A stretch of DNA of 64,000 nt. Source: Congzhengia sp. Lineage in GTDB: Bacteria; Bacillota; Clostridia; UBA1381; UBA9506. Positions 23,198-32,903 of the stretch are shown here, piece after piece; the stretch's first letter is position 1; each line of letters opens with the position of its first letter. The position numbers were made by a program, and so were the translations under genes. The stretch spans positions 1,971 to 65,970 of the forward strand of contig JAZNOF010000009.1 of NCBI GenBank assembly GCA_045580665.1, given 5' to 3'. Under the pieces are notes generated by a model. It had not been told where the DNA came from. It ran no database searches and saw nothing but the letters and a program-made list of their open reading frames with translations.

Positions 23198-23554
23198 ATG
23201 GATTTTCTAAAAGCTTTTTTAGTTGGCGGAGCACTTTGTGCTATCGCGCAAGTTTTAATAGATAAGTTTAAACTTACACCCGCAAGAATACTGGTTATAT
23301 ACGTAACTTCAGGAGTATTTCTTACGCTAATCGGAGTATATAAACCGCTTGTGGATTTTGCGGGCTGCGGAGCAACTGTTCCCCTTACAGGGTTTGGGTA
23401 CACTTTAGCAAAAGGCGCTATGAAGGGAATAAAAGATTTTGGCTTTTGGGGGATTTTCTCAGGCGGAACTGCAGGTTCTGCTGCAGGAATTGCGGCGGCG
23501 GTTGTGTTCGCGCTTTTGATTGCCCTGATATTTAAACCAAAGCCTAAAAAATAA
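23198..23554 (+). CDS. spoVAE: Stage V sporulation protein AE (SpoVAC/SpoVAEb family)
   Basis: [34 protein letters not shown]. Confidence 0.88.
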   Translation: MDFLKAFLVGGALCAIAQVLIDKFKLTPARILVIYVTSGVFLTLIGVYKPLVDFAGCGATVPLTGFGYTLAKGAMKGIKDFGFWGIFSGGTAGSAAGIAAAVVFALLIALIFKPKPKK

Positions 23555-24242
23555 ATCCTGTTTCAGCCAAACTATAGTATCTATCCTGCGCAACTATTAT
23601 ATGGTCTATCATTTTAATGCCCATACTGTTTAAAATGTCACAAAGAACTCTTGTTGCTCGTTTATCTGCATCCGATGGTAGAATTGTCCCGTTAGGATGG
23701 TTGTGAGCAATAATTATGTTCTTTGCTTTATGTTTTAAAACTTCCGAAACAACAAGTCTGGGACTTGCTTCAATCTGGTCGATGGAGCCGGTTGCAATAA
23801 TACCACTCCATTTAACATTGCGGTTTGAATTGACACAAATCAAGGCAAATTCTTCTATTGTTTTGTTCTTTAAAAGCATAAGAGCATAGCGGCCAATTGA
23901 TTCGGTGTCATGAAGAAGAACTTTCCGCTCACTTCTTGATTTTTCATAAGCTCTTGCTAGATGAGGAATCATTGTAAGAAGTGTTGCACTTTGCTCGCTT
24001 AGTCCCTGAATTTTTGAAAGAGCTGAAACATCTGCATCAAAAACGTTTGCAAGATTTATATATTCATCTAAAATTTCATGAGCAAGGGAATTGGTATCGC
24101 GCCTCGGAATTGCATAGTAAAGCAGCATTTCTAATATTTCATGTTCGGCAAAACCGTCGAATCCTTGTTCTATGAAACGCTTTCTCATACGTTTACGGTG
24201 ACCTTCGTGAAGCGCACCGTCTTTTTCGGGCATACCATTCAT
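23544..24242 (-). CDS. radC: RadC/JAB domain protein
   Basis: [29 protein letters not shown]...S..D, DHIIV. Confidence 0.92.
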   Translation of the reverse strand: MNGMPEKDGALHEGHRKRMRKRFIEQGFDGFAEHEILEMLLYYAIPRRDTNSLAHEILDEYINLANVFDADVSALSKIQGLSEQSATLLTMIPHLARAYEKSRSERKVLLHDTESIGRYALMLLKNKTIEEFALICVNSNRNVKWSGIIATGSIDQIEASPRLVVSEVLKHKAKNIIIAHNHPNGTILPSDADKRATRVLCDILNSMGIKMIDHIIVAQDRYYSLAETGFIF

Positions 24243-24393
24243 CCTTTCTTACACATATAAATATATTTTACACTTTTTTTAAGTAAATTTCAACCTTTTT
24301 TATCAAAATAAACAGTAAGATATAAAAATTTAGTGCCGCTTGAGTATTTTTTTGAATATAATGGCTATATAATCAGAATTTGGCGGTGAAAAA

Positions 24394-24654
24394 ATGAAAA
24401 GATGTTATATCACATTTTTATCGCAGACGGCATCGTACAGATTTAAGAAAATGGCGTTGGAATACGGATTTTCTGTTAATATTGTTCAAACTCCGAAAGA
24501 AATAAGCTACGGGGGATGCTCCTATGCGGCAAGGTGTGACTGTGATACAGCGATAAGACTTTCTGAAATGTGCAAAAGGAAGGGGATTTCATATAGCAGA
24601 ATATTTCAGGAAAAGACAGATATCAATGGAAGAAGAAAATATATTGAATTATAA
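24394..24654 (+). CDS. Small DUF3343-like protein
   Basis: ITF.S.T.S, QTPKEISYGGCSY motif, 86 aa. Confidence 0.7.
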   Translation: MKRCYITFLSQTASYRFKKMALEYGFSVNIVQTPKEISYGGCSYAARCDCDTAIRLSEMCKRKGISYSRIFQEKTDINGRRKYIEL

Positions 24655-24681
24655 AAGGGACTGCATTGCAGTCCCTTTTAT
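24651..24681. terminator. Bidirectional terminator
   Basis: ataaaagggactgca-t-tgcagtcccttttat near-perfect palindrome between convergent genes. Confidence 0.75.
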
Positions 24682-24686
24682 ACATA

Positions 24687-26987
24687 TTACTTTTTAATGA
24701 CAACGGGATATGTACACATCGAATCAGACGCAATTTCTTTTCCGTCTTTTGTAACTCTGTAAGAGATAAGGAGTTTTCTGTCCCACTGAAGATCAACTTC
24801 ATATCCGCCGCGGGTACGCATACCCCTCACCTTACCTGTAAGCATCTTCTGTGAGTAGATGGCAGGAAGGAGCGTAATTGTGTCGTCATCACTCTGAACA
24901 AGCATTTCACCTAAACCTGCCGCATATCCAAAGTTTCCGTCAATTTGGAAGGGAGGATGCGAGTCAAAAAGGTTGGGGTAGAGAGCATTTGTGCAAAGGA
25001 AAGTTATGTATTTATATGCATTTTCACCGTCTAAAAGTCTTGCAAAGAGGTTGATAATCCACGAACAGCTCCAGCCTTGAGCGCCTGAGCCGTTAGCTAA
25101 ACGAACCTCTAATGATTTTCTGCAAGCCTCAAAGAAAGGAGAATCTTTCTTGATAACCTGAGCAGGACAGAGCGCGTAAAGGTGAGACAAATGTCTGTGG
25201 CCAGGGTCTTGTTCGGGGAATTCTTCGTTCCATTCCATAAGTCTTCCGTCTGACGTGATTTTAAAGGGCGTAAGCTTTTCCTTAATGTATTCACATTTTT
25301 TCTTAAGCTCTTCTTTGTTTCCTAAAATATCACAAATTTTTGAAGTATATGTAGCAAAGTCTGTGTAAATACCTATGTCCATTGCAGAAATTCCGCAAAG
25401 TCCTAAGAGTCTTCCGTTAAATTCAAACATATTTTCGGGAGAACATGAGGCAACTGCTTTAAGTAAGCCGTCTTCGTCTTCGTAAAGCCAGCTTTCAACA
25501 AACTCCATAGCACCCTCTAAAATATCTATATGCTCTTCTAAAAACTTTTTGTCGCCCGTAAAGTCATAATGCTCCCAGATATGACGGCAGTTCCATAAGC
25601 CGCTCATTGGCCAGAATGCATATTTTGCGTGAGCGCCTGCAGGGAGACAGAAACGCCATAAATCGATATTGTGGAAAGAAACCCAGCCCTTAGCACCACA
25701 GTATTTTTCGGCAACCTCGCGTCCTGCTTCAGATAAATCGCGGAGCATAGAGAACATAGGCATATGACATTCAGGAAGTGCTGACATTTCAGCAGACCAG
25801 TAGTTCATCTGAAGGTTAATGTTAGCCGTGTAGTTACAGTTCCAGGGTGGGTCGAGTTCCTTATTCCATATTCCCTGAAGATTCATAGGCTGAGAACCCT
25901 CTCTTGAGCCTGCCAAGAGAAGATAACGGGAGTAGTTAAACAAAAGACCCAATAAGCATTCGGGAACTTTTCCTGCTGCTGCCTGTTTTAATAAAACATC
26001 TGTCGGTCTTGGGTCGTATTCGCCTGTTATAACCTCACAACGATTGTACTTGGGGCAGTAGTCCTCTAAATGACGGGCATATAGTTCATCAAATGTATAT
26101 TTTGAGGCTTTCTCGATATCATTTTTGCAAAGAGACATATAGTCTTTGCCCTCGGATATGGGCATTTTGTTCCAACCGTTAAAGCCTGTTCTGATTGAGA
26201 GGATAATGTATGCATATGTAGCTTTCTGAACAGAAAGTGCCGCGCCTCTTGCAAAATACAAACCGTCTGTAAAGACCTTCAATATTGCACCGAAAGGAAT
26301 GGTTTCTTTTCCTTCACAGCTTGGCATATTATAGTTTTCGTTGTCCTCTTTAAATACTCTTGAATCATAGTCAACGGGACATCTTCCCTCGATTATAACA
26401 GTATCTTTTTCGCCTGTTGTTTTATGGTCTAACATACTGTTTAAATATGCGTCAAAGTTAAGACCTTTTGGAATTTCTGATGTTATCTTAACAACAAAAA
26501 CATTATCAGGGAAAGAAACAAAAGCTTTTTTTGTAACCCTTTTTCCGTTTAATCTGTAGTCGGAAGAAACTGTACCTGTTTTCATATCAAGCTCGCGAAT
26601 ATAGTGCGAAACATCCTGTGTTGTTAAAGGAGTTCCAGCTTCGTAGGAGTGATTGGGAAGAGTGTAGTCAATACAGTTTTTCATAACAATGTCAAGGTAG
26701 CCAAAAGGAACGTATTTAGAGGAGTTAAAACCTAACATATCCCCTGTAACAACATCGTCTGCCTCGTCGTATTTACGGTTTTTTATAAGCTCTTTGAGCT
26801 TTTTCATATTTTCTTTTCCATCAGGCACTTCGTCTTTGTGGGGTTGACCTGACCAGAGTGTATCTTCATTAAACATATATCTTTCAGAAACAGCCCCTGA
26901 ATAAGCCATAGCACCGAGACGACCGTTACCTAAAGGAAGAGCCTCAGTCCAGCGAGATGCTTCTTTTTCATACCATAATTTATGCAT
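24687..26987 (-). CDS. Glycoside hydrolase family 95 (alpha-L-fucosidase/galactosidase-like), no signal peptide
   Basis: WTEALPLGNGRLGAM, NEDTLWSG, NLQGIWN, YTANINLQMNYW, HRHLSHL, HPPFQIDGNFG; start moved to MHKLWY by RBS. Confidence 0.92.
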   Translation of the reverse strand: MHKLWYEKEASRWTEALPLGNGRLGAMAYSGAVSERYMFNEDTLWSGQPHKDEVPDGKENMKKLKELIKNRKYDEADDVVTGDMLGFNSSKYVPFGYLDIVMKNCIDYTLPNHSYEAGTPLTTQDVSHYIRELDMKTGTVSSDYRLNGKRVTKKAFVSFPDNVFVVKITSEIPKGLNFDAYLNSMLDHKTTGEKDTVIIEGRCPVDYDSRVFKEDNENYNMPSCEGKETIPFGAILKVFTDGLYFARGAALSVQKATYAYIILSIRTGFNGWNKMPISEGKDYMSLCKNDIEKASKYTFDELYARHLEDYCPKYNRCEVITGEYDPRPTDVLLKQAAAGKVPECLLGLLFNYSRYLLLAGSREGSQPMNLQGIWNKELDPPWNCNYTANINLQMNYWSAEMSALPECHMPMFSMLRDLSEAGREVAEKYCGAKGWVSFHNIDLWRFCLPAGAHAKYAFWPMSGLWNCRHIWEHYDFTGDKKFLEEHIDILEGAMEFVESWLYEDEDGLLKAVASCSPENMFEFNGRLLGLCGISAMDIGIYTDFATYTSKICDILGNKEELKKKCEYIKEKLTPFKITSDGRLMEWNEEFPEQDPGHRHLSHLYALCPAQVIKKDSPFFEACRKSLEVRLANGSGAQGWSCSWIINLFARLLDGENAYKYITFLCTNALYPNLFDSHPPFQIDGNFGYAAGLGEMLVQSDDDTITLLPAIYSQKMLTGKVRGMRTRGGYEVDLQWDRKLLISYRVTKDGKEIASDSMCTYPVVIKK

Positions 26988-27193
26988 AAAATCCATCCTT
27001 TCTTTGCTTTCTTTTATAGTATAACACCTTAAAAATTTTGTCAACGAAAAGGCAGAAAAAAGTTTTGGACAAACTACACTTTTTTTTGCATTAAAGTAAA
27101 CGGAGACGATATTAACATAATATAATATTGCAAATAAGATGTCAATCATAATATATTGCAATAAATAAAAATAAATTGCAGAAGGGCAAATTG

Positions 27194-27256
27194 TGTAACA
27201 ATTATGTTACAATTTCGGGGTATTCATTGAAAAATATTGTTTGTTTAATGTATAAT
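27194..27256 (+). promoter_or_regulatory. WalR-type box/palindrome and sigma-A promoter
   Basis: TGTAAC-AATTA-TGTTAC fits TGTWAH-N5-TGTWAH; downstream TTGAAA-18 bp-TATAAT. Confidence 0.5.
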
Positions 27257-27296
27257 TATAATGTATAACTTTATACAAATACATATGAGGTGACCT

Positions 27297-28670
27297 ATGG
27301 ATAAGAAAGAACGAATTTTAAAAAGGCTTTCAAAGGTTGAAAGAAAAGTGAAGAAAATTGCCGGAAGAAACGGTGAGTTTGTGTCGTTAACTAACTATTC
27401 ACACCTTGCAGAAGAAAAAGAGGGCAGAATAATCTGGACGAATGCGATAAACGTTGCCCTAAGAGAAAATGAATTTTTGTATATTCCTGAAAGCGACCTT
27501 CCATATTATGTTGACGCATCTATAATTATTCCTTCCGGAAGATGTATAAAAGCTGAAAAAAATGCAGTTATCTGTATGACTGAAAATAGCAAAGTTTTAA
27601 TGTTCAGAAACGAAAATGTAATAGACGGGTCTCATATATTGCCTCAAAAAATTAAAAAGGATAAAAATATTTCTATAGATGGGGGAAGATGGGAAACCTT
27701 GTACCGCGTAAGAGCAAGCGAAGGCGGAAGCGGAAGATATGATGAGGTTGATTCATACCACGGTATTTCTGCGGTTATGCATTTTAATAATGTCAAAAAT
27801 CTTTGTCTTAAAAATATGACATTTTACTATGCTCCCTGCTTTGGTATTCAGATAGGCGAAATAAAAAATGCCGTTATAGAAAATATAGAATTTGAAAATT
27901 GCTTTTCTGATGGTGTTCATATAAATGGAAATTCAGAAAATCTGGTTGTGAGAAACATTAGAGGCTATGTGGGTGATGATCTGGTGGCACTTAATATGTG
28001 TGACTGGGATGAATCAAGTGTTAACTTTGGACCATTGAAAAATGTTTTGTGCGAGAATTTAGAGCTTTCGGATGAAAGCCCCTGTAAATCTTTAAGAATT
28101 ATTCCGGGTATTTATCAATTTGATAACGGAACTTCCATAGATTGTACTGCGTCAAATATAATTGTAAGAGAAGTATCGGGAATAACCGCTTATAAGATGT
28201 ATATGCAAACTCCCGCATACAAGATAGGAGAAACCCCCGAGGAAAGACGTGCCGGAAACGGAAACAACTTGTTTTTTGAAAATCTTAACATTGACCTTTA
28301 TGAGCCGGTTGATAAAAGACCAGAACAGATGTGTTCAGATTCAGTAAGAGGGAAATTTGGCGCATTTGAAATAGGCTCAAATATAAAAAATGTTTATTTT
28401 AAAAACATAAATTTAAAGCTTTATAAAGAAAAATTTCCTCTTTCGTATTTTGCCTCTATAGGCCCGAAATCGTCATTGGTGGGGGAAAATGAAATATTTG
28501 ATCCCTATATAAGTTCTAAGGTTGAAAATCTGTATTACTCTGAAATTTTCGTCAACGACAAAAAGATTGATGATTTAGAACCTTATATATGCTGTGTTGA
28601 GTTTGATGATATAAATAATGACGGTTTTTCAACAGCGAAAGGTGAGATTAAAAATATTATCAAGGAATAA
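27297..28670 (+). CDS. Right-handed beta-helix protein, pectin-lyase fold (GH28-like)
   Basis: Repeated I.NI.F/N..V.NI strands; FSDGVHING and GDDLVALN resemble GH28 NTDG and GDD motifs. Confidence 0.65.
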   Translation: MDKKERILKRLSKVERKVKKIAGRNGEFVSLTNYSHLAEEKEGRIIWTNAINVALRENEFLYIPESDLPYYVDASIIIPSGRCIKAEKNAVICMTENSKVLMFRNENVIDGSHILPQKIKKDKNISIDGGRWETLYRVRASEGGSGRYDEVDSYHGISAVMHFNNVKNLCLKNMTFYYAPCFGIQIGEIKNAVIENIEFENCFSDGVHINGNSENLVVRNIRGYVGDDLVALNMCDWDESSVNFGPLKNVLCENLELSDESPCKSLRIIPGIYQFDNGTSIDCTASNIIVREVSGITAYKMYMQTPAYKIGETPEERRAGNGNNLFFENLNIDLYEPVDKRPEQMCSDSVRGKFGAFEIGSNIKNVYFKNINLKLYKEKFPLSYFASIGPKSSLVGENEIFDPYISSKVENLYYSEIFVNDKKIDDLEPYICCVEFDDINNDGFSTAKGEIKNIIKE

Positions 28671-28685
28671 TGAAGGAGCTTTAGT

Positions 28686-30914
28686 ATGACAGAAAACAAA
28701 AGAATACTTATGGCGCTAACAAGATTTGATATCGGCGGTGCTGAAACTCATGTTTTGGAACTGTCACTTGAGCTTTCCCGTATGGGATATCATGTTACTG
28801 TTGTTTCTAACGGCGGTGTGTATGAGAAAAACTTGGAGGAAGCAGGAATAAAACACTATAAAATTCCGCTTCATTCAAAAACACCTGCAAATATGATAAA
28901 GTCCTTAAGCCTTTTAAAGAAGATAATAAAAAAAGAAAAGATAGACATAGTTCATGCCCACGGCAGAATTCCTGCGTTTTTGTGCGGGATTTTGAAAAAG
29001 TGTATAAATTTTACCTTTGTAACAACTGCCCATTGGGTGTTTGACACATCTCACGGACTTAAATACATCACTAATTGGGGCGAAAAGGTTGTTGCAGTAA
29101 GTGAGGACATAAAAACATACCTTATGGACAACTACGGAACAAACCCCACAGATATTTTTGTTACTATAAACGGAATAGATACAGAAAAGTTCTGCAAAGA
29201 CGCTGACTCTTCAAGTGTTGTTTCAGAGTTTTCACTTTCTGAAAACTCAAGGAAAATTGTGTATATCAGCCGTATGGACGAAGACCGCGCACAAGTTGCC
29301 TTTGAACTTGCTGAAATTACTCCTGAGCTTGTTAAAATCTGTCCCGACTTAGAAGTGGTTATAGTTGGCGGTGGTAATGTTTTTGATAAGCTAAAGGAAA
29401 TGACCGACAAGATAAATGAAGACTTAGGCAAACGCCATATAATCTTAACTGGCGGAAGAACTGACATTTATAAATTTGCGGCTTTAGGTGATATTTTTAT
29501 AGGTGTTTCCCGTTCGGCTTTAGAGGCAATGGCTTGTGAAAAGCCCGTTGTAGTTGCAGGAAATGAAGGCTATATCGGAATTTTTGACGAGGATAAGCTT
29601 CCTGTATCAATTGAAACAAACTTTTGTTGCAGAGGCTTGGAGTTATCTTCTCCTGAAAGACTCTTAGAAGATGTTAAAGTCCTTTTGGAAAATTCAGTGG
29701 AGGAAAACGAAAGACTTGGGAAATACGGAAGATGCACTATTTTAAATAACTATTCTCTTGCAAAAATGGCAGGGGATTGCGTGAAGATGTACAACGCGGC
29801 AACCGACGATAAAAAGTGGGATGCAGTTATCTCAGGTTACTACGGCTACGGAAACGCAGGCGATGAATCTCTTTTATACGCAATGACAGAAAATCTCCGT
29901 GATAAAAAAGACCATATAAGACTTTTAGTGCTTTCGAAAGACCCTGAAAAGACAGAAAGTGAGTACGGCGTTTATGCCTGCAGCAGATATGACATCTTCA
30001 AAATGAAAAAGGCATTAAAGAACAGTAAAATGCTGATATTTGGCGGAGGAAGCCTAATTCAGGATGTGACAAGCAGTAAATCGCTATGGTATTATCTTTA
30101 TGTTATAAAGCAAGCAATAAAGTGTAAAACACCTGTTATGTTTTACGCAAACGGCATAGGACCTGTAAATAAAGAAAAAAACAGAAAGCTTGTAGGTAAA
30201 ATTTTAGACAAGGTTGAAACAATAACCTTAAGAGATGAAAATTCATACCGTGAGATTTTAACTATGGGGGTAGATCCCGCAAAAATTAAGCTTACGGCAG
30301 ACCCTGCCCTTACCATAAAGGGAATAGATGTAGAAAATGCGAAAAATCTTTTGTCTGAAGAGGGAATACCCATGGACAAAAAGATTCTTGGTATTTCGAT
30401 AAGAGACTGGAAGAACTGTCCTCCGTCATATTGGGATGAGCTTGCTGAGGGAATAGAAACGGTTTGCAGAGAATTGCAGCTTTGCCCCGTATGGATTCCT
30501 TTAAAACGTGACGATGATATTTTAGTTTCAAACAAAATAGCAGAGAAAATGAAAATCGAAAGCTACCTGCTTTCAAAATCCTATAATTCCTGCGAGCTTG
30601 TTGGTATTATAGGTTTATGCGATATGGTAATTGCAATGAGACTTCACGCAGCAATTTATGCTGCAAGCTGCGGTGTGCCTGTTATAAATCTGTCATACGA
30701 CCCGAAGGTTAAGGGATTTTCTGAATATATCGGGATTGATACGAGCTTAGATTTAGAAAGCTTTTCAAAAGACAAAATTATAGAAATTTCCCGAGGCATT
30801 TCAAAAAATAAAGAAAACATTATAATAAGCTTAAACAAAAGAGTAGAAGAGCTTAAAGAAAAAGCTTATGAAAATGCAGATTTAGCACTTGAAATTATAA
30901 ATAAAGAGTGGTGA
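28686..30914 (+). CDS. csaB: GT4 glycosyltransferase fused to polysaccharide pyruvyl transferase CsaB
   Basis: N-half GGAETH, HAH, SALEAMACEKPVV; C-half SGYYGYGNAGDE, GGGSLIQDVTS, LRD, MRLHA, SYDPKV. Confidence 0.9.
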   Translation: MTENKRILMALTRFDIGGAETHVLELSLELSRMGYHVTVVSNGGVYEKNLEEAGIKHYKIPLHSKTPANMIKSLSLLKKIIKKEKIDIVHAHGRIPAFLCGILKKCINFTFVTTAHWVFDTSHGLKYITNWGEKVVAVSEDIKTYLMDNYGTNPTDIFVTINGIDTEKFCKDADSSSVVSEFSLSENSRKIVYISRMDEDRAQVAFELAEITPELVKICPDLEVVIVGGGNVFDKLKEMTDKINEDLGKRHIILTGGRTDIYKFAALGDIFIGVSRSALEAMACEKPVVVAGNEGYIGIFDEDKLPVSIETNFCCRGLELSSPERLLEDVKVLLENSVEENERLGKYGRCTILNNYSLAKMAGDCVKMYNAATDDKKWDAVISGYYGYGNAGDESLLYAMTENLRDKKDHIRLLVLSKDPEKTESEYGVYACSRYDIFKMKKALKNSKMLIFGGGSLIQDVTSSKSLWYYLYVIKQAIKCKTPVMFYANGIGPVNKEKNRKLVGKILDKVETITLRDENSYREILTMGVDPAKIKLTADPALTIKGIDVENAKNLLSEEGIPMDKKILGISIRDWKNCPPSYWDELAEGIETVCRELQLCPVWIPLKRDDDILVSNKIAEKMKIESYLLSKSYNSCELVGIIGLCDMVIAMRLHAAIYAASCGVPVINLSYDPKVKGFSEYIGIDTSLDLESFSKDKIIEISRGISKNKENIIISLNKRVEELKEKAYENADLALEIINKEW

Positions 30915-30918
30915 AAAT

Positions 30919-31332
30919 ATGAGACTTTTAGGAATTGACTTTGGTGATGCAAGGGTGGGCATCGCATTGTCTGACCCGTTGTGTATAATGTCACAGGGTT
31001 ATAAAACAATAAAAAATGACGGAACAGATAGTCTGTTTTCAGAGATTGTTGAAATAATAAAGGAAAAAGAGGTAACAAAAATTGTTATCGGTCTTCCTAA
31101 AAATATGGACAACTCCGAGGGTTTTCGTGCTGATAGTACAAAAGAGTTTGCAGAAAAACTCAAAACTTTTACAGATGTTCCCATAGAGTTTTGTGACGAG
31201 CGCTTAACAACTGTAAGCGCCCACGGCTTTTTGAGCGAAATGAATGTGAGAGGAAAGAAGAGAAAAGGTGCGGTTGATGCATTATCTGCTGCTCTGATTT
31301 TAGAAACTTATATGAAGAAAAACGGATTTTAG
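30919..31332 (+). CDS. ruvX: Holliday junction resolvase-like RuvX/YqgF
   Basis: LGIDFGDARVGIALSD, GLPKNM, DERLTT, VDALSAALIL. Confidence 0.95.
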   Translation: MRLLGIDFGDARVGIALSDPLCIMSQGYKTIKNDGTDSLFSEIVEIIKEKEVTKIVIGLPKNMDNSEGFRADSTKEFAEKLKTFTDVPIEFCDERLTTVSAHGFLSEMNVRGKKRKGAVDALSAALILETYMKKNGF

Positions 31333-31344
31333 GGAGGTGGTAAT

Positions 31345-32859
31345 GTGAAAAAATTCTTTTCACTCATATTATCCGTAATAATGATAGTTACCGCATTTTT
31401 GTGTATACCCGTAGGCGCTGAAGATAAGATTTACTATGACGGCGCGTGGCATACATACAGAGGAAACTTTTTTGACCTGAAAATAAACGGCGAAAAGATT
31501 AACTGCAGTGTTCCACCTATCGTGTTCAGCGACTATTCTGTTGTTCCTGCCCGTGATGTGTTTGAAACTTTAGGGGCAACCGTTTTATGGCGTGCAGAAA
31601 ATCAGCGTGTTATCATACAGTATAATAAGACAGAAATTATCCTTACCATAAATAGTACAACGGCATATAAAGATGGTATTGCAGAGCATATGCCGATAGC
31701 ACCTAAAATTATTAACTCGAAAACAATGATACCTGTAAGATATGTGTCGGAGTCTTTAGGATTTGACGTTAACTTTGACTCTAAAACAGATACGATTTCA
31801 ATTGACACAATAAAAAAAGAAGAAAAACCGGAAACACCTGTGTATACGTCAAGACTTATGTCTTACACAACTGCTGAAAAAGATGGGACATTTACAGCTG
31901 TGTTTACCCTCTCATCAGGAAACGTAAAGCACTCATCATTTATGCTTGAAAACCCATACAGACTGGCGGTTGACCTTCCGCTTACAGATAGAGCCGTAAC
32001 AATAAAAGATACGGAAGTAAATACTGAACTTATTACAAAAGTAAGACTTGGCCAGCAGGCAAACGGAACTTTAAGAATTGTTTTTGACCTTCCGAAAAAA
32101 TCAGAATACAAAGCAACTCTATCAGGAAAAAAACTTACGGTTGTTATAGGCGATACAAGTAACGTAACACCGCCACCTGCTGTAACCCCCGAAGAACCCA
32201 AAGAACCTGAAGATGCTGAAAATCCTGAAAATCCGGAAGAACCTGAAGAACCTGTTATTGTGGAAATTGATATTGAGCCGTCGCGCACAATAACCATTGA
32301 CGCAGGTCACGGAGGTTCGGACCCCGGTGCAATTTTCACAGATGAAGACGGGGTTATATGGTTTGAAAAGGATATAAATTTAGGCGTTGCTTTAAGAGTT
32401 CGTGATATACTGGTTAAAAAAGGCGTAGAGGTTGTTATGACAAGGGACGACGATGAATTTATAGAACTTAAAGAAAGAGCAGAAATTGCAAACAGAGCAG
32501 AAACCGCACTTTTCTTAAGTGTTCACACAAATTCGTCAACCGCCGACACGGCAAACGGGATTGAAACCTGGGGAAGCTTGAATATCAACACAATTCTGTC
32601 GGGTGTCAACGATAAGCTATTTGCAGAAAATGTTCAAAAAGCAATAATAAAATCCACAAGTGGACGTGACCGCGGAATCAAGGATTCTGAAACATTGGCA
32701 GTTTTAAAATATTCAATAATGCCCTCAGTTTTAGTTGAAGTAGGATTTATTTCAAACGAAGAAGAAAGAGAACTGATGTTTACAAACAGTTACCGCGACA
32801 AACTTGCCGAAGGCATTGCAGAAGGTATTTTAAAAACCTTTGAAGATATGGGCGTATAA
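31345..32859 (+). CDS. Secreted N-acetylmuramoyl-L-alanine amidase (stalk domain + AMIN + Amidase_3)
   Basis: Signal peptide; VPAR..FE.LG and IPVRYVSESLG; AMIN-like LENPYRLAVD/RIVFDL; DAGHGGSDPGA, EK, SVHTN, LVEVGFISN. Confidence 0.92.
   Translation: MKKFFSLILSVIMIVTAFLCIPVGAEDKIYYDGAWHTYRGNFFDLKINGEKINCSVPPIVFSDYSVVPARDVFETLGATVLWRAENQRVIIQYNKTEIILTINSTTAYKDGIAEHMPIAPKIINSKTMIPVRYVSESLGFDVNFDSKTDTISIDTIKKEEKPETPVYTSRLMSYTTAEKDGTFTAVFTLSSGNVKHSSFMLENPYRLAVDLPLTDRAVTIKDTEVNTELITKVRLGQQANGTLRIVFDLPKKSEYKATLSGKKLTVVIGDTSNVTPPPAVTPEEPKEPEDAENPENPEEPEEPVIVEIDIEPSRTITIDAGHGGSDPGAIFTDEDGVIWFEKDINLGVALRVRDILVKKGVEVVMTRDDDEFIELKERAEIANRAETALFLSVHTNSSTADTANGIETWGSLNINTILSGVNDKLFAENVQKAIIKSTSGRDRGIKDSETLAVLKYSIMPSVLVEVGFISNEEERELMFTNSYRDKLAEGIAEGILKTFEDMGV
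32188..32253 (+). repeat. Imperfect 9-bp tandem repeat encoding a Pro/Glu linker
   Basis: About 7 ccNgaagaa-like units encoding PEEPKEPEDAENPENPEEPEEP. Confidence 0.75.
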
Positions 32860-32901
32860 AAAAATATTAACCCTCCATAATAAAAATATGGAGGGTTTTT
32901 T
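32854..32901 (+). promoter_or_regulatory. Sigma-G-like promoter overlapping the amidase terminator
   Basis: GTATA-17 bp-CATAATA; hairpin aaccctccata...tatggagggtt plus T tract contains the tepA RBS. Confidence 0.6.
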
Positions 32902-32903
32902 AT

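Noticed and set aside
23113-23403. 97-aa N-terminal extension of YebC in the ORF track
   Set aside because: It is the antisense of spoVAE; the canonical MSGHSKW start with RBS is at 23112.
23544-24242. radC as a marker of a mobile element
   Set aside because: Full-length chromosomal type with N-terminal HhH region; no integrase, att-like repeats or other mobility genes nearby.
26988-27161. N-terminal extension or signal-like segment on GH95
   Set aside because: It runs through AT-rich promoter DNA; the RBS and family start fit 26987.
28686-30914. GT4-CsaB fusion as a novelty
   Set aside because: Both halves are recognisable and functionally coherent for pyruvylated wall polymer synthesis; I recall such fusions in other Clostridia.
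32188-32253. Short tandem repeats as a CRISPR array or contingency locus
   Set aside because: In-frame degenerate 9-bp units encoding a Pro/Glu linker; no spacers or cas genes.
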